Shown piece after piece: positions 28,534 to 37,747 of a stretch of DNA of 43,232 nucleotides. This stretch comes from Sphingomonas bacterium (GTDB taxonomy: Bacteria > Pseudomonadota > Alphaproteobacteria > Sphingomonadales > Sphingomonadaceae). Under the pieces are notes generated by a model that was not told where the DNA came from, ran no database searches, and saw only the letters and a list, made by a program, of their open reading frames with translations. Within the stretch, counting starts at the first letter, position 1. Every line of letters starts with the position of its first letter. The translations under genes were made by a program, and so were the position numbers. Location of the stretch: the NCBI GenBank assembly GCA_026785645.1, contig JAJAZM010000050.1:1-43232 (forward strand). Reading direction: 5' to 3'.

Positions 28534-29790
28534 CTACTGGTTCATGCTGGCGAAGAAATCCTCGTTCGACTTGGCGTCCTTCATCTTGTCGAGCAGGAAC
28601 TGCATCGCGTCGACCGTGCCCATCTGCATCAGAATCCGGCGCAACACCCACATCTTTGAAAGGACCGCAGCGTCGACCAGCAATTCCTCCTTGCGGGTGC
28701 CAGACTTGCCGACGTCGAGGCTCGGGAAGATGCGCTTGTCGCTGACCTTCCTGTCAAGCACGATTTCGCTGTTACCGGTGCCCTTGAACTCTTCAAAGAT
28801 GACCTCGTCCATCTTGGACCCGGTATCGATCAACGCGGTGGCGATGATCGACAAGGATCCGCCCTCCTCGATATTGCGTGCGGCACCGAAGAAGCGCTTG
28901 GGGCGCTGCAACGCATTGGCATCAACACCGCCGGTCAGCACCTTGCCCGATGACGGCACGACGGTGTTGTAGGCGCGGCCGAGGCGAGTGATTGAATCGA
29001 GCAGGATGACGACATCCTTCTTATGCTCGACGAGGCGCTTGGCTTTCTCGATCACCATTTCGGCGACCTGCACGTGGCGCGACGCGGGTTCGTCGAAGGT
29101 CGAGGAGATGACCTCGCCCTTCACGCTGCGCTGCATGTCGGTAACTTCCTCGGGACGCTCGTCGATCAGCAACACGATGAGGAATACTTCGGGGTGGTTA
29201 TCGGTGATTGCCTTGGCGATGTTTTGCAGCAACACGGTCTTGCCGGTGCGTGGCGGGGCGACGATCAGCGCGCGCTGGCCCTTGCCCTGCGGCGAGACGA
29301 TGTCGATTACCCGCGCGGATTTGTCCTTCTGGGTCGGATCGGCACTGTCGAGGGTGAGCTTCTTGTCGGGATAAAGCGGGGTCAGATTGTCGAAATTGAC
29401 GCGGTGACGAACCGCGTCGGGCTCGTCGAAGTTTATCTGGGTGATCCGGGTCAGGGCAAAATAGCGCTCGCCATCCTTGGGGCCGCGAATCTCGCCTTCG
29501 CAGGTGTCGCCGGTACGCAAGCCGAACTTTCGAACCAGGCTGGGCACGACATAGATATCGTCGGGGCCAGCGAGATAATTGGCTTCGGGCGAGCGAAGGA
29601 AGCCGAAACCGTCGTTGAGCACCTCGATCGTCCCCATCCCCATGATCTCCGCACCGGCCTCGGCGCGGACCTTGAGGATCGAGAACATCAGATCCTGCTT
29701 GCGCAGCGTCGATGCGCCTTCGATGCCCATTTCCTCGGCCATCGCGACCAATTCGGCGGGGGTGTTTTTCTTGAGATCCTTGAGATGCAT
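28534..29790 (-). CDS. rho: Transcription termination factor Rho
   Basis: MHLKDLK start (418 aa), [25 protein letters not shown] and FEEFKGTGN motifs. Confidence 0.98.
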   Translation of the reverse strand: MHLKDLKKNTPAELVAMAEEMGIEGASTLRKQDLMFSILKVRAEAGAEIMGMGTIEVLNDGFGFLRSPEANYLAGPDDIYVVPSLVRKFGLRTGDTCEGEIRGPKDGERYFALTRITQINFDEPDAVRHRVNFDNLTPLYPDKKLTLDSADPTQKDKSARVIDIVSPQGKGQRALIVAPPRTGKTVLLQNIAKAITDNHPEVFLIVLLIDERPEEVTDMQRSVKGEVISSTFDEPASRHVQVAEMVIEKAKRLVEHKKDVVILLDSITRLGRAYNTVVPSSGKVLTGGVDANALQRPKRFFGAARNIEEGGSLSIIATALIDTGSKMDEVIFEEFKGTGNSEIVLDRKVSDKRIFPSLDVGKSGTRKEELLVDAAVLSKMWVLRRILMQMGTVDAMQFLLDKMKDAKSNEDFFASMNQ

Positions 29791-29921
29791 CTGACTGTGG
29801 CTTTTCGATTGGATAACGCGGGAGGAGTGTACGCGCGATGGAATGAACCTGGGCGGCAGGACGCCGCGAAGGAACAGGTCGCACCGACGAAGGGAGACGG
29901 GCCGGCGCGCCGTATGTCGCG

Positions 29922-29950
29922 GCACTAGGTGTGGCCCTTGATTTAGTCAA
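29922..29950 (-). promoter_or_regulatory. Putative sigma70 promoter of rho
   Basis: Minus strand TTGACT-N17-TAGTGC, implying a leader of about 125 nt. Confidence 0.5.
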
Positions 29951-30012
29951 TATGGAGAGCGACCCCGTTCGTGTTGAAGTCCGGCTTTTCTGGCGACGCT
30001 CTTTCCGCGGGT

Positions 30013-30404
30013 TCAGCTGAGATAGAAAGCGAGCACCATTGCCAGAACGATGGACGCGGCTCCGATCACGGACAGATGGGGGCGACCGACGCCACCGCCG
30101 GACCCGCAAAGCGCTTGTGCAGTCGCGGAGCAACGACGAACAGTAGTGCAGTTGCCGCCAAGAACGCGCCAAACCAACGAATGAAGCGCGGATGACCGAG
30201 CGTTGGCGCAGCGATAACGAAGGCCACGCCGGCGATGGACCGCAACGCCGACTCAATCAGATTGGCGCGCGCCGTCTGGGCAAAGCCCGACAGCAACGGC
30301 AACGCGCGATCGGGCGCGAGAAGCATCGCTGCACCGACCAATACCAGATACAGGCAAGTCAGCCAAAGAACGACCAGCGCACAATTCACCAGCAGATCGT
30401 ACAT
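30013..30404 (-). pseudogene. Small membrane protein, apparently frameshifted at a C5 run (30078-30082)
   Basis: The ORF ends at 30066 (APICP*). One extra C would continue it as HLSVIGAASIVLAMVLAFYLS* to 30013, adding a further TM helix. Confidence 0.6.
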
Positions 30405-30408
30405 CTCT

Positions 30409-30861
30409 TTAGAACGGCCTGACGATCGCCAGCACCACGATTAGCGCCGCCGCGACACCGGGGATCTCGTTCATGATGCGTAAAGTGCGGTTCTCGAGCG
30501 GGCGCATACCCTTGGCGAGCTTCTTGCCATAAGCTGAAATCCAGCCTTGATAACCGGTCAGGGCGATGACCAGCGCAAACTTGGCGATGAACCAGGGTTG
30601 CCGAAACACATCGAGATGCACCGCCAGCATCAGCCCGAGGGCCCATACAATCACCATTGCGGGCGTAAGGATGATTGTTCGCGTACGGTCCTCGCGTTCG
30701 ATCCAGGCGCGATCCTCGGCCGATCCGGGGGTGGTAGCGTGGTGATAGACGTAGAATCGCGGCAGCAGGAACAGCCCGGCCATCCAGAAGATGACGAAGG
30801 TGATGTGCGCAGCCTTGACCCACAGATAGGCGGCCCCGAGGAAACCGGCGAATTCGCTCAT
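30409..30861 (-). CDS. hemJ: Protoporphyrinogen IX oxidase HemJ
   Basis: YLWVKAAHI..WMAGLFLLPRFYVYH and RIMNEIP motifs. Follows hemE. Confidence 0.92.
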   Translation of the reverse strand: MSEFAGFLGAAYLWVKAAHITFVIFWMAGLFLLPRFYVYHHATTPGSAEDRAWIEREDRTRTIILTPAMVIVWALGLMLAVHLDVFRQPWFIAKFALVIALTGYQGWISAYGKKLAKGMRPLENRTLRIMNEIPGVAAALIVVLAIVRPF

Positions 30862-31916
30862 TACCTTCGCCCTCTGACCAGTTCGACCAATTGCTCGATA
30901 TGGGCGATCGGCGTGTGCTGCCCGATGCCATGCCCAAGGTTGAAGATGTGCGGCCGGGTGCTGAGCTCGTCAAGCAAGCGCAAGGCCGCGACGCGCATCG
31001 CATCGCCCCCCGCCATCAGCGCCAGCGGATCGAGGTTGCCCTGTACCGGCAAGCCGTCGGGAAGCTCGCGATTGGCCCATACCGGATCGACCGTTTCGTC
31101 GAGCCCGATCGCATCGACCCCGGTTTCGCGGGCATAGGCGCCAAGCTTGCCGCCCGCGCCTTTGGGAAAGCCGATGATCGGGGTATCGGGATGGCGCCGC
31201 TTCAATTCGCTGACGATCCACGCATTGCGGGCGATGACGAACCGCTCGAACTGGGCTGGGGCAAGGCTGCCCGACCAGCTGTCGAACAATTGCACCGCCT
31301 CGACCCCGGCCTCAATCTGGCCCGACAGATAATCCACCGTGACCGTCGCGATGAGGTCGAGGATAATGTCCATCTTGCCGGGATCGTCATAGGCCAGTTG
31401 GCGCGCTTCGGCCTGTTCGCGGCTGCCCTGGCCGGCGATCATGTAAGTCGCGACGGTCCACGGGCTGCCGGCAAAGCCGAGGAACGTCGTCTCAGGCAAC
31501 AGTAGAGGCTTGACCAGCCGCACCGTCTCATAAATCGGGTCGAGCCGCTCCATGTGCGGCTTGAGGTCACGCAGACGCACCTCGCCCATCTTGGGTGCCA
31601 GTCGCGGCCCCTCGCCGGTTTCAAACCACAGATCCTGGCCGATTGCATAGGGGACGATGAGGATGTCGGAAAACAGGATCGCTCCGTCGAGCGCAAACCG
31701 TCGAAGCGGCTGGATCGTGACCTCGGCTGCGGCAGGAGGATCATAGACCAAGTCGAGAAACCCGCCCTTGTCGGCACGCAACGCTCGATATTCGGGCAGG
31801 TAGCGGCCGGCCTGACGCATCAGCCACATCGGCGGCGGATCGCGCCGCTCCCCGCGGAGCACGGCGAGCAGCGGCTTATCGGTCGGTTCGGTTCCGGGAA
31901 CGAGCGAGGGTGTCAG
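30861..31916 (-). CDS. hemE: Uroporphyrinogen decarboxylase
   Basis: WLMRQAGRYLPEY, ILFSDIL, QLFDSW and FNLGHGI motifs. Probable CTG start at 31916 after TAAGGAG; the first standard start is GTG 31862. Confidence 0.95.
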   Translation of the reverse strand: MTPSLVPGTEPTDKPLLAVLRGERRDPPPMWLMRQAGRYLPEYRALRADKGGFLDLVYDPPAAAEVTIQPLRRFALDGAILFSDILIVPYAIGQDLWFETGEGPRLAPKMGEVRLRDLKPHMERLDPIYETVRLVKPLLLPETTFLGFAGSPWTVATYMIAGQGSREQAEARQLAYDDPGKMDIILDLIATVTVDYLSGQIEAGVEAVQLFDSWSGSLAPAQFERFVIARNAWIVSELKRRHPDTPIIGFPKGAGGKLGAYARETGVDAIGLDETVDPVWANRELPDGLPVQGNLDPLALMAGGDAMRVAALRLLDELSTRPHIFNLGHGIGQHTPIAHIEQLVELVRGRR

Positions 31917-32220
31917 CCTCTTTCTCCTTATATAGTATATATTAGAATCTTAGATTGGAGTGGTAGTAGGGCGCTTGGCAACGGGGCTTAAGCGTCACTC
32001 CAGCATTTGCCAACAGATGCAGCGATAGCGCGACTCGCGCAAATCCCGCGAGTCGCATCACGCTATACCCGTGATTCACAGATTTGCCGGTCGCCCGAGG
32101 TGGGTGTGGATCGATTGTGGGCAATTGATGGACAAATTTGGACGACTATCAGGGGTTGGACGATCCCCACTTCAACCGCTAGGCGGATCACCGCTTTATC
32201 CACAGGGTTGCACATATGTC
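31917..32220. other. Chromosomal replication origin oriC
   Basis: hemE-adjacent intergenic region. AT-rich tract 31928-31956. Perfect DnaA box TTATCCACA at 32196-32204, variants at 32072-32080, 32105-32113, 32116-32124 and 32161-32169. Four GANTC sites. parABS nearby and flanking operons point away from it. Confidence 0.88.
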
Positions 32221-32805
32221 ATGACTCTGGTCCTCGCCTCCGCTAGCTCGATCCGATCCGCGATGCTGGCCGCGGCCGGAGTCGCGCACCAGGTCGATCC
32301 CGCCGGAGTCGATGAAGCGGCGCTCAAACTGGCGCATGGCGGGGACGATGCCGAACTCGCGACATTGCTCGCGGAGACCAAGGCAGTCGACACCAGCCAG
32401 CGCTACTCCGCAAGGTGGGTGATCGGCGGCGATTCGCTGGTCAGTGTCGACGGACGGCGATTCGACAAGCCGGCCGATCGCGACGAGGCGGCGAGCCATC
32501 TGCGCTTCTTTTCGGGCAAGCCGATGCGGCTGACCAGTGCGGTGACGCTGGCGACCGACGGGCGAACCGACTGGTCCCACGCGGCGCAGGCGGTTCTCCA
32601 TGTCCGTCCGCTTTCGAACCATTTCATCCACACCTATCTCGAAGCCGAATGGCCGGCAGTCGGCCACTGCGTCGGCGTGTTCCGGATGGAGGGGCGCGGG
32701 GTGACCCTGTTCGAGCGCGTCGAAGGCGATCATTTCACCATCCTGGGGATGCCGTTATTGCCCTTGCTGGCGGCGCTCCGGGAGCGCGAGCTGATGCCGT
32801 CATGA
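32221..32805 (+). CDS. maf: Maf-family nucleoside triphosphate pyrophosphatase
   Basis: LVLASASSIR, IGGDS, FDKP and GDHFTILGMPL motifs. Confidence 0.9.
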   Translation: MTLVLASASSIRSAMLAAAGVAHQVDPAGVDEAALKLAHGGDDAELATLLAETKAVDTSQRYSARWVIGGDSLVSVDGRRFDKPADRDEAASHLRFFSGKPMRLTSAVTLATDGRTDWSHAAQAVLHVRPLSNHFIHTYLEAEWPAVGHCVGVFRMEGRGVTLFERVEGDHFTILGMPLLPLLAALRERELMPS

Positions 32806-33614
32806 CGTCACCTTATGCGGAAGTAATAGGCGATCCGATCGAGCAGTCGAAATCGCCCGCAATTCATGGTTTCTGGCTCACGGCGCTGGGGATTGACGGC
32901 GACTATCGCGCGCACCGCGTCACGCGTGCCGAGCTTGCCGACTATCTCGCGAACCGTCGGGCCGATCCGGCGTGGCGCGGGTGCAATGTCACCATGCCGC
33001 TCAAACTCGATGCGCTGATGCTGGCCGACGATCCGACCGATCGCGCAACCGCCACCGGCGCGGCGAATTTGCTATTCCACCGTGACGGCAAGTTGATCGC
33101 CGCCAATACCGACGTCGGCGCGATCTGCGATCTGGTCGCGCCGCTGGTGACGGCCGGCGAGCCGACCCCGATCACGTTGCTCGGCAATGGCGGCGCGGCG
33201 CGCGCGGTGCTGCTGGCGATGCGACTACTCGGGGCCGGGCCGGTCGCATTGCAGGCGCGCGACATGGCCGATGCGACCAGGCTTGCGGTTGAGTTTCGGC
33301 TGGAGGAAGGACCGCGCCAATTCGACACGCCGATTGACAGCAGGGGACTGATCAATGCGACACCGCTGGGCATGGCGGGGATTGCACCAACCAGGGTCGA
33401 CATCGGCGGCATGCCGACCGACGGCTGGGTGCTCGACCTGGTCAGCAACCCGCGCTCGACGCCGTTATTGGCCAACGCCAGGGCGCGCGGACTGACGGTG
33501 ATCGACGGTCTGTCGGTGCTGGTCGAACAAGCCGCCGATAGCTTCGAATTACTGTTCGGGCAAAAGCCGCCGCGCAACCGCGATGCGGAATTGTTCGCAA
33601 TTTTGCGCGCATGA
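32802..33614 (+). CDS. aroE: Shikimate dehydrogenase
   Basis: IGDPIEQSKSPAIH, NVTMPLK, NTD, GNGGAAR and INATPLGM motifs. Confidence 0.92.
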   Translation: MTSPYAEVIGDPIEQSKSPAIHGFWLTALGIDGDYRAHRVTRAELADYLANRRADPAWRGCNVTMPLKLDALMLADDPTDRATATGAANLLFHRDGKLIAANTDVGAICDLVAPLVTAGEPTPITLLGNGGAARAVLLAMRLLGAGPVALQARDMADATRLAVEFRLEEGPRQFDTPIDSRGLINATPLGMAGIAPTRVDIGGMPTDGWVLDLVSNPRSTPLLANARARGLTVIDGLSVLVEQAADSFELLFGQKPPRNRDAELFAILRA

Positions 33615-34204
33615 TTCGGATCGCGATCACCGGGTCGATCGGGATGGGCAAGTCGACCGTCGCGGCGATGTTTGCCGAAACCGGCATCCCGGTGTTCGAC
33701 GCCGACGCCGAAGTGCGCGCGTTGCAGGGGTTCGGCGGCAAAATGGTCGATTCGATCGAGATGCGCTTTCCCGGCACAACCCGCGAAGGAGCGGTCGATC
33801 GCGACCTCCTCGCCGCGCGCGTGCTTGGCGACCGCGACCAGCTCGCCGCGTTGGAGTTGATCGTCCACCCCGCGGTGATCGAGCGGCGCGAAGCATTCAT
33901 CATCGCCAATCGCTCAGCCCCGGTCTTGTTGTTCGATATCCCCTTATTGTTTGAAACCGATGGTGAAACGGCCTTCGACAAGGTGATCGTCGTCTCTGCC
34001 CCCGCCGCAGTGCAGTGCGAGAGGGTGATGCTTCGCCCGGGCATGACCGCGGGCAAATTGGCGCGAATCATCGATCGACAGCTGCCCGATGCGATCAAGC
34101 GCGAGCGCGCCGATTTCGTGATCGACACCGGCGGAAGTATTGACGAAACCCGCGCCCAAGTGGACGAGATCCTCGCTTGCCTCGGGCTCGGCGTGGGGCG
34201 ATAA
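33611..34204 (+). CDS. coaE: Dephospho-CoA kinase
   Basis: ITGSIGMGKST, DAD, IVHP and DIPLLFE motifs. Confidence 0.95.
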   Translation: MIRIAITGSIGMGKSTVAAMFAETGIPVFDADAEVRALQGFGGKMVDSIEMRFPGTTREGAVDRDLLAARVLGDRDQLAALELIVHPAVIERREAFIIANRSAPVLLFDIPLLFETDGETAFDKVIVVSAPAAVQCERVMLRPGMTAGKLARIIDRQLPDAIKRERADFVIDTGGSIDETRAQVDEILACLGLGVGR

Positions 34205-34210
34205 TGCATC

Positions 34211-34906
34211 ATGCGTGAGATCATATTCGACACCGAGACCACCGGCCTGAGCCCGGCAGGTGGCGATCGGATGGTGGAGATCGGTTGTGTCGAGATGATC
34301 AACCGGGTCGAGACCGGGCGCAGTTTTCACGCATATTTCAATCCGCAACGCGCGATGCCGAGCGAGGCCGAGGCGGTCCACGGGCTGAGCAGCTTGTTCC
34401 TTTCGGACAAGCCCGATTTCGCCGAATCGGTCCACGATCTGCTCGAGTTTATCGGCGATTCGCCGCTGATCGCGCATAATGCGACGTTCGACTTTGGCTT
34501 TCTCAATCACGAGCTGCAGCGCTGCAGCCGGGATCCGATCTGCCTCAGCCGGATGATCTGCACCCTGGTGCTAGCCCGCTCGCGCCACCCCGGCGCCAAG
34601 CACAGCCTCGATGCGTTATGCACCCGATTCGGGGTCGATCGGTCGCACCGCGTCAAGCATGGCGCCCTGCTCGATGCGCAATTGCTCGCGCAAGTCTATG
34701 TCGAGCTGACCGGGGGCCGCCAGATCGGGCTGACCCTGGTCGGCGATGCCGTTGAAACCGCTGCAGTGTCCGGCTCCTCTGCGTCCGAGCGTCCGTTTCG
34801 GGCAGCGCGGCCTCATTTCCCGTCTGATTCGGAACGGGAACGCCACCGGCGCTTTATTGCCGCGATGGCCAATCCCTTGTGGGAGCGTTTCCTCGCTCCG
34901 ATCTAG
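34211..34906 (+). CDS. dnaQ: DNA polymerase III epsilon subunit
   Basis: FDTETTG, AHNATFD and HGALLDAQLLAQVY motifs. Confidence 0.96.
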   Translation: MREIIFDTETTGLSPAGGDRMVEIGCVEMINRVETGRSFHAYFNPQRAMPSEAEAVHGLSSLFLSDKPDFAESVHDLLEFIGDSPLIAHNATFDFGFLNHELQRCSRDPICLSRMICTLVLARSRHPGAKHSLDALCTRFGVDRSHRVKHGALLDAQLLAQVYVELTGGRQIGLTLVGDAVETAAVSGSSASERPFRAARPHFPSDSERERHRRFIAAMANPLWERFLAPI

Positions 34907-34944
34907 GCGAATTGCCGCCACCGCGTGATTGAAAGGAATTCTGG

Positions 34945-35523
34945 GTGAATGTTCGGGTCGCTGGCCACCAGGTCGAAACCGGGGAAGCGCTGCAGGCGCA
35001 TGTCAGCAGCCGGGTTGAGGCCATTACCAGCCGCTATTTCGATCGCGCCGCGGCCGCCAGCGTCACCTTCGGACGCGGTCCGCATGATGATTTCACCTGC
35101 GACATCGTCGCTCCGGTGACCAATGGCGTGGTGCTAAAGGCATCGGGCCGGGCGAGCGACGCGCATGTCGCCTTCGAAGGCGCCGCCGACAAGATCGAGC
35201 GCCAGTTAAGCCGCTACGTCAGCCGGCTGCGCAATCACAAGGGCAATGGCGCCGAACCGGGAATCGGCGAGTCGGGCTTGGTCGAGGATGCCGGCTACAC
35301 TATTTTCGCCTCACCCTCGGTCGCCGAAGACCCGCCTCTGAGCCCGCCGGTCATTGCCGAAACCAAGGTCGATATCCCCGCCGCGACTGTCTCGGATGCG
35401 GTCATGATGCTCGATTTGCGCAACACCAATGCGTTGATGTTCCGCAATCTTGCCAGCGGGGCGTTTAACATGGTCTATCGACGAGACGATGGCACGATCG
35501 GATGGGTCGAACCGCAAGCGTAA
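34945..35523 (+). CDS. hpf: Ribosome hibernation promoting factor (long HPF)
   Basis: S30AE domain (KIERQLSRY) and C-terminal FNMVYRRDDGTIGW. Confidence 0.9.
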   Translation: MNVRVAGHQVETGEALQAHVSSRVEAITSRYFDRAAAASVTFGRGPHDDFTCDIVAPVTNGVVLKASGRASDAHVAFEGAADKIERQLSRYVSRLRNHKGNGAEPGIGESGLVEDAGYTIFASPSVAEDPPLSPPVIAETKVDIPAATVSDAVMMLDLRNTNALMFRNLASGAFNMVYRRDDGTIGWVEPQA

Positions 35524-35595
35524 TGACAATCGTCTGATCGACCTGTAACCGGACGGAAGCGCGTATCCGCCTGTCCTCGAGTGAAAGCTGTTCCA

Positions 35596-36060
35596 ATGCG
35601 GCTGACTGAATTTCTTGATTTCGACGCAATCCGCGTCGGACTAGGTGCCGGCAACAAACGCCAATTGCTTCAAATGCTGGGCCAGACGGCTGGCGCTCGG
35701 CTTGGTCTCGACCCGGCGCAGATCGTCGATTCGATCGTCGAGCGCGAGCGGCTTGGATCGACCGGCTTCGGCAACGGGGTGGCAATCCCGCATGGCAAGA
35801 TCGAGGGCCTCACCACAATCTATGCGCTGTTGGTGCGGATCGCCGAGCCGATCAATTACAAGGCGATCGATGGAATGCCGGTTGATCTCGCGTTCTTGCT
35901 GCTGTCTCCGCCCGACGCCGGTGCGGCGCATCTCAAGGCGCTGGCCGCAGTGAGCCGGATGATCCGCCATGGCGCGACGATCGAGAAGATGCGCGGTGCC
36001 CGCAGCCGGGACGCGCTTGCGGCTGTGCTGATGGCCTCCGAAGAGCGCGATGCCGCCTGA
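35596..36060 (+). CDS. ptsN: PTS IIA-like nitrogen regulatory protein
   Basis: ERERLGSTGFGNGVAIPHG motif. Follows hpf. Confidence 0.92.
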   Translation: MRLTEFLDFDAIRVGLGAGNKRQLLQMLGQTAGARLGLDPAQIVDSIVERERLGSTGFGNGVAIPHGKIEGLTTIYALLVRIAEPINYKAIDGMPVDLAFLLLSPPDAGAAHLKALAAVSRMIRHGATIEKMRGARSRDALAAVLMASEERDAA

Positions 36061-36517
36061 CATTGCCTGCGGCGCGGGGGCACGAGCGCATTTGCTGAGT
36101 CTCGAATCGCTCTACGATTCGGCCCCCATCAATCGCCTGTTTGACTCGCGGTTGGCGCTGGCCACTGCGGGCCTGTCGAAGATTCACTTCACGGTGTCGC
36201 CCGGCGCCTTCCATGCCGCCGGTGCTGCTCACGGCACGCTCTATTTCAAGATGCTCGACGATGCCGCATTCTACGCCGCCAACGGCTTGGTCACCGACCG
36301 CTTCCTGCTGACCACCGCGTTCAACCTGCATTTCACCCGGCCGATGCGGGAGGGGCCGATGATTGCCGAGGGCAAGTGGATCAGCGGCAAGCGGCGGGTG
36401 TTCGTCGCCGAAGCGCGGATCATCGACGCCGATGGGGAGGAGTTTGCGCGCGGTACAGGGACATTCCTGCGCTCCCACATCGCCTTGTCGGGCCTAGACG
36501 GTTATCGCTTGAGTTGA
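36050..36517 (+). CDS. PaaI-family hotdog thioesterase
   Basis: HAAGAAHGTLYFKMLDDA motif and hotdog strand pattern. Confidence 0.85.
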   Translation: MPPDIACGAGARAHLLSLESLYDSAPINRLFDSRLALATAGLSKIHFTVSPGAFHAAGAAHGTLYFKMLDDAAFYAANGLVTDRFLLTTAFNLHFTRPMREGPMIAEGKWISGKRRVFVAEARIIDADGEEFARGTGTFLRSHIALSGLDGYRLS

Positions 36518-36855
36518 GCGATCGCCTCCCAGCTAAGCTCGAAGCGACTGCAATCATGCGCCAGGTCGAGAGCGCAGGAGGTTTTGCGACGATCATCAAG
36601 CGAGGCGACCCGGAAAGCGGTGCGCTGATCCTGCTGATCGCAGAGCGCGGCCTGTCACGGGCTCTGCTCGAGCGGCAGATGGGGGACGATTTCGTCTATC
36701 GATGGGCAATTGCCGTGCGGCCGGACAGTGCGAATCCAGAAAAGTTCCGCCAAATAACCGATAAAGCGACGCGATTCGACCCGGATTGTTGGCTGATTGA
36801 ACTGGACATCGTGGATGCGGAACGATTCATCGCTGAAACGATCGCTTTGCCTTGA
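36514..36855 (+). CDS. DUF1491-family protein
   Basis: GGFATIIKRGDPESGA and RFDPDCWLIEL motifs. TTG start in a TTGA overlap (inferred). Confidence 0.8.
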   Translation: MSDRLPAKLEATAIMRQVESAGGFATIIKRGDPESGALILLIAERGLSRALLERQMGDDFVYRWAIAVRPDSANPEKFRQITDKATRFDPDCWLIELDIVDAERFIAETIALP

Positions 36856-37026
36856 TCGGGTAACTCGTTTCGGGCGAAGGCAGATCCAACAGCAAGAGCG
36901 AAGGGCAGTTTCGCAAGGCAAATCGGCCGAGGACTGCCACGCAGACGGGGAACCAACCTAGGCGCAAGCGAGGCTCATCAAGGGCCCAGGCACCACGGAC
37001 GGTCCGCCGCACATGTTAAAGACCAA

Positions 37027-37695
37027 ATGACTTTTCAACTTCGTTCTGCAATACTGGTTCTCACAGGCTTGACCGCCATGACGGTCGCCCCGGCCCAAGC
37101 GTCGGAATCTCCCGAGCCGCTGATTTTCGGCAGCTCCACCGCCATTCCATCCCATTCCGTCCTCCAGCCAATCAGCGCCAGCTTCCAGCTTCCCGACACG
37201 TCGGTCGAGGTTGATCCGCTCGCGCCGGCGCTTGATTCCGAGGAGCTGGTCGAAGCGCCGATGGTTATCGTCCTCAAACCGACCGGTGACCTTGCTGCCA
37301 AGGTTGCCGCCTTGCGCGGATCGAACCCGGGAAGCCGTGAGCTCGAATGCCTCGCGGTCGGCATCTATTACGAATCGAAGAGCGAGCCGCTTGCCGGCCA
37401 GCTTGCGGTCGGTCACGTCATCGCCAGCCGCGCCAAGTCGGGCCGGTTCGCCTCGACCTATTGCGGCGTGCTGTTCCAGCGCAGCCAGTTCAGCTTCGTC
37501 CGTGGACACAGCTATCCGTCACCGGCGCGCGCCAGCCGCCAGTGGCATAATGCCGTTGCGGTTGCGCAGATCGTTGACCAGAAGCTGCACAGCTCGTCGG
37601 TCCCCGGTGCGTTGTTCTTCCACGCCAAGCGGGTTTCGCCGGGCTGGCGGCTGAGCCGACTCGGAAGCGTCGGCAATCACGTTTTCTACCGCTAG
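37027..37695 (+). CDS. Cell wall hydrolase (SleB/Hydrolase_2 family)
   Basis: Signal peptide, CLAVGIYYESKSE, QFSF, ALFFHA and GNHVFYR motifs. Confidence 0.9.
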   Translation: MTFQLRSAILVLTGLTAMTVAPAQASESPEPLIFGSSTAIPSHSVLQPISASFQLPDTSVEVDPLAPALDSEELVEAPMVIVLKPTGDLAAKVAALRGSNPGSRELECLAVGIYYESKSEPLAGQLAVGHVIASRAKSGRFASTYCGVLFQRSQFSFVRGHSYPSPARASRQWHNAVAVAQIVDQKLHSSSVPGALFFHAKRVSPGWRLSRLGSVGNHVFYR

Positions 37696-37720
37696 GCGAA
37701 CGCCCTCCAAGCTTTCCTTC

Positions 37721-37735
37721 GTTCCCGAATCGTTC
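37721..37735 (+). promoter_or_regulatory. LexA (SOS) box
   Basis: GTTC-ccgaatc-GTTC, a perfect alphaproteobacterial GTTC-N7-GTTC, 12 bp before mmcB. Confidence 0.88.
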
Positions 37736-37747
37736 TAATCGTCTGCG

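Noticed and set aside
29198-30256. 352-aa alternative-frame ORF over rho, and similar long overlapping ORFs across ftsK, leuS and the PBP
   Set aside because: Expected off-frame ORFs in high-GC DNA, Arg/Pro/Gly-rich with no motifs.
32071-32220. N-terminal extension of maf through oriC
   Set aside because: The Maf motif LVLAS begins right after ATG 32221. The extension merely reads through DnaA boxes.
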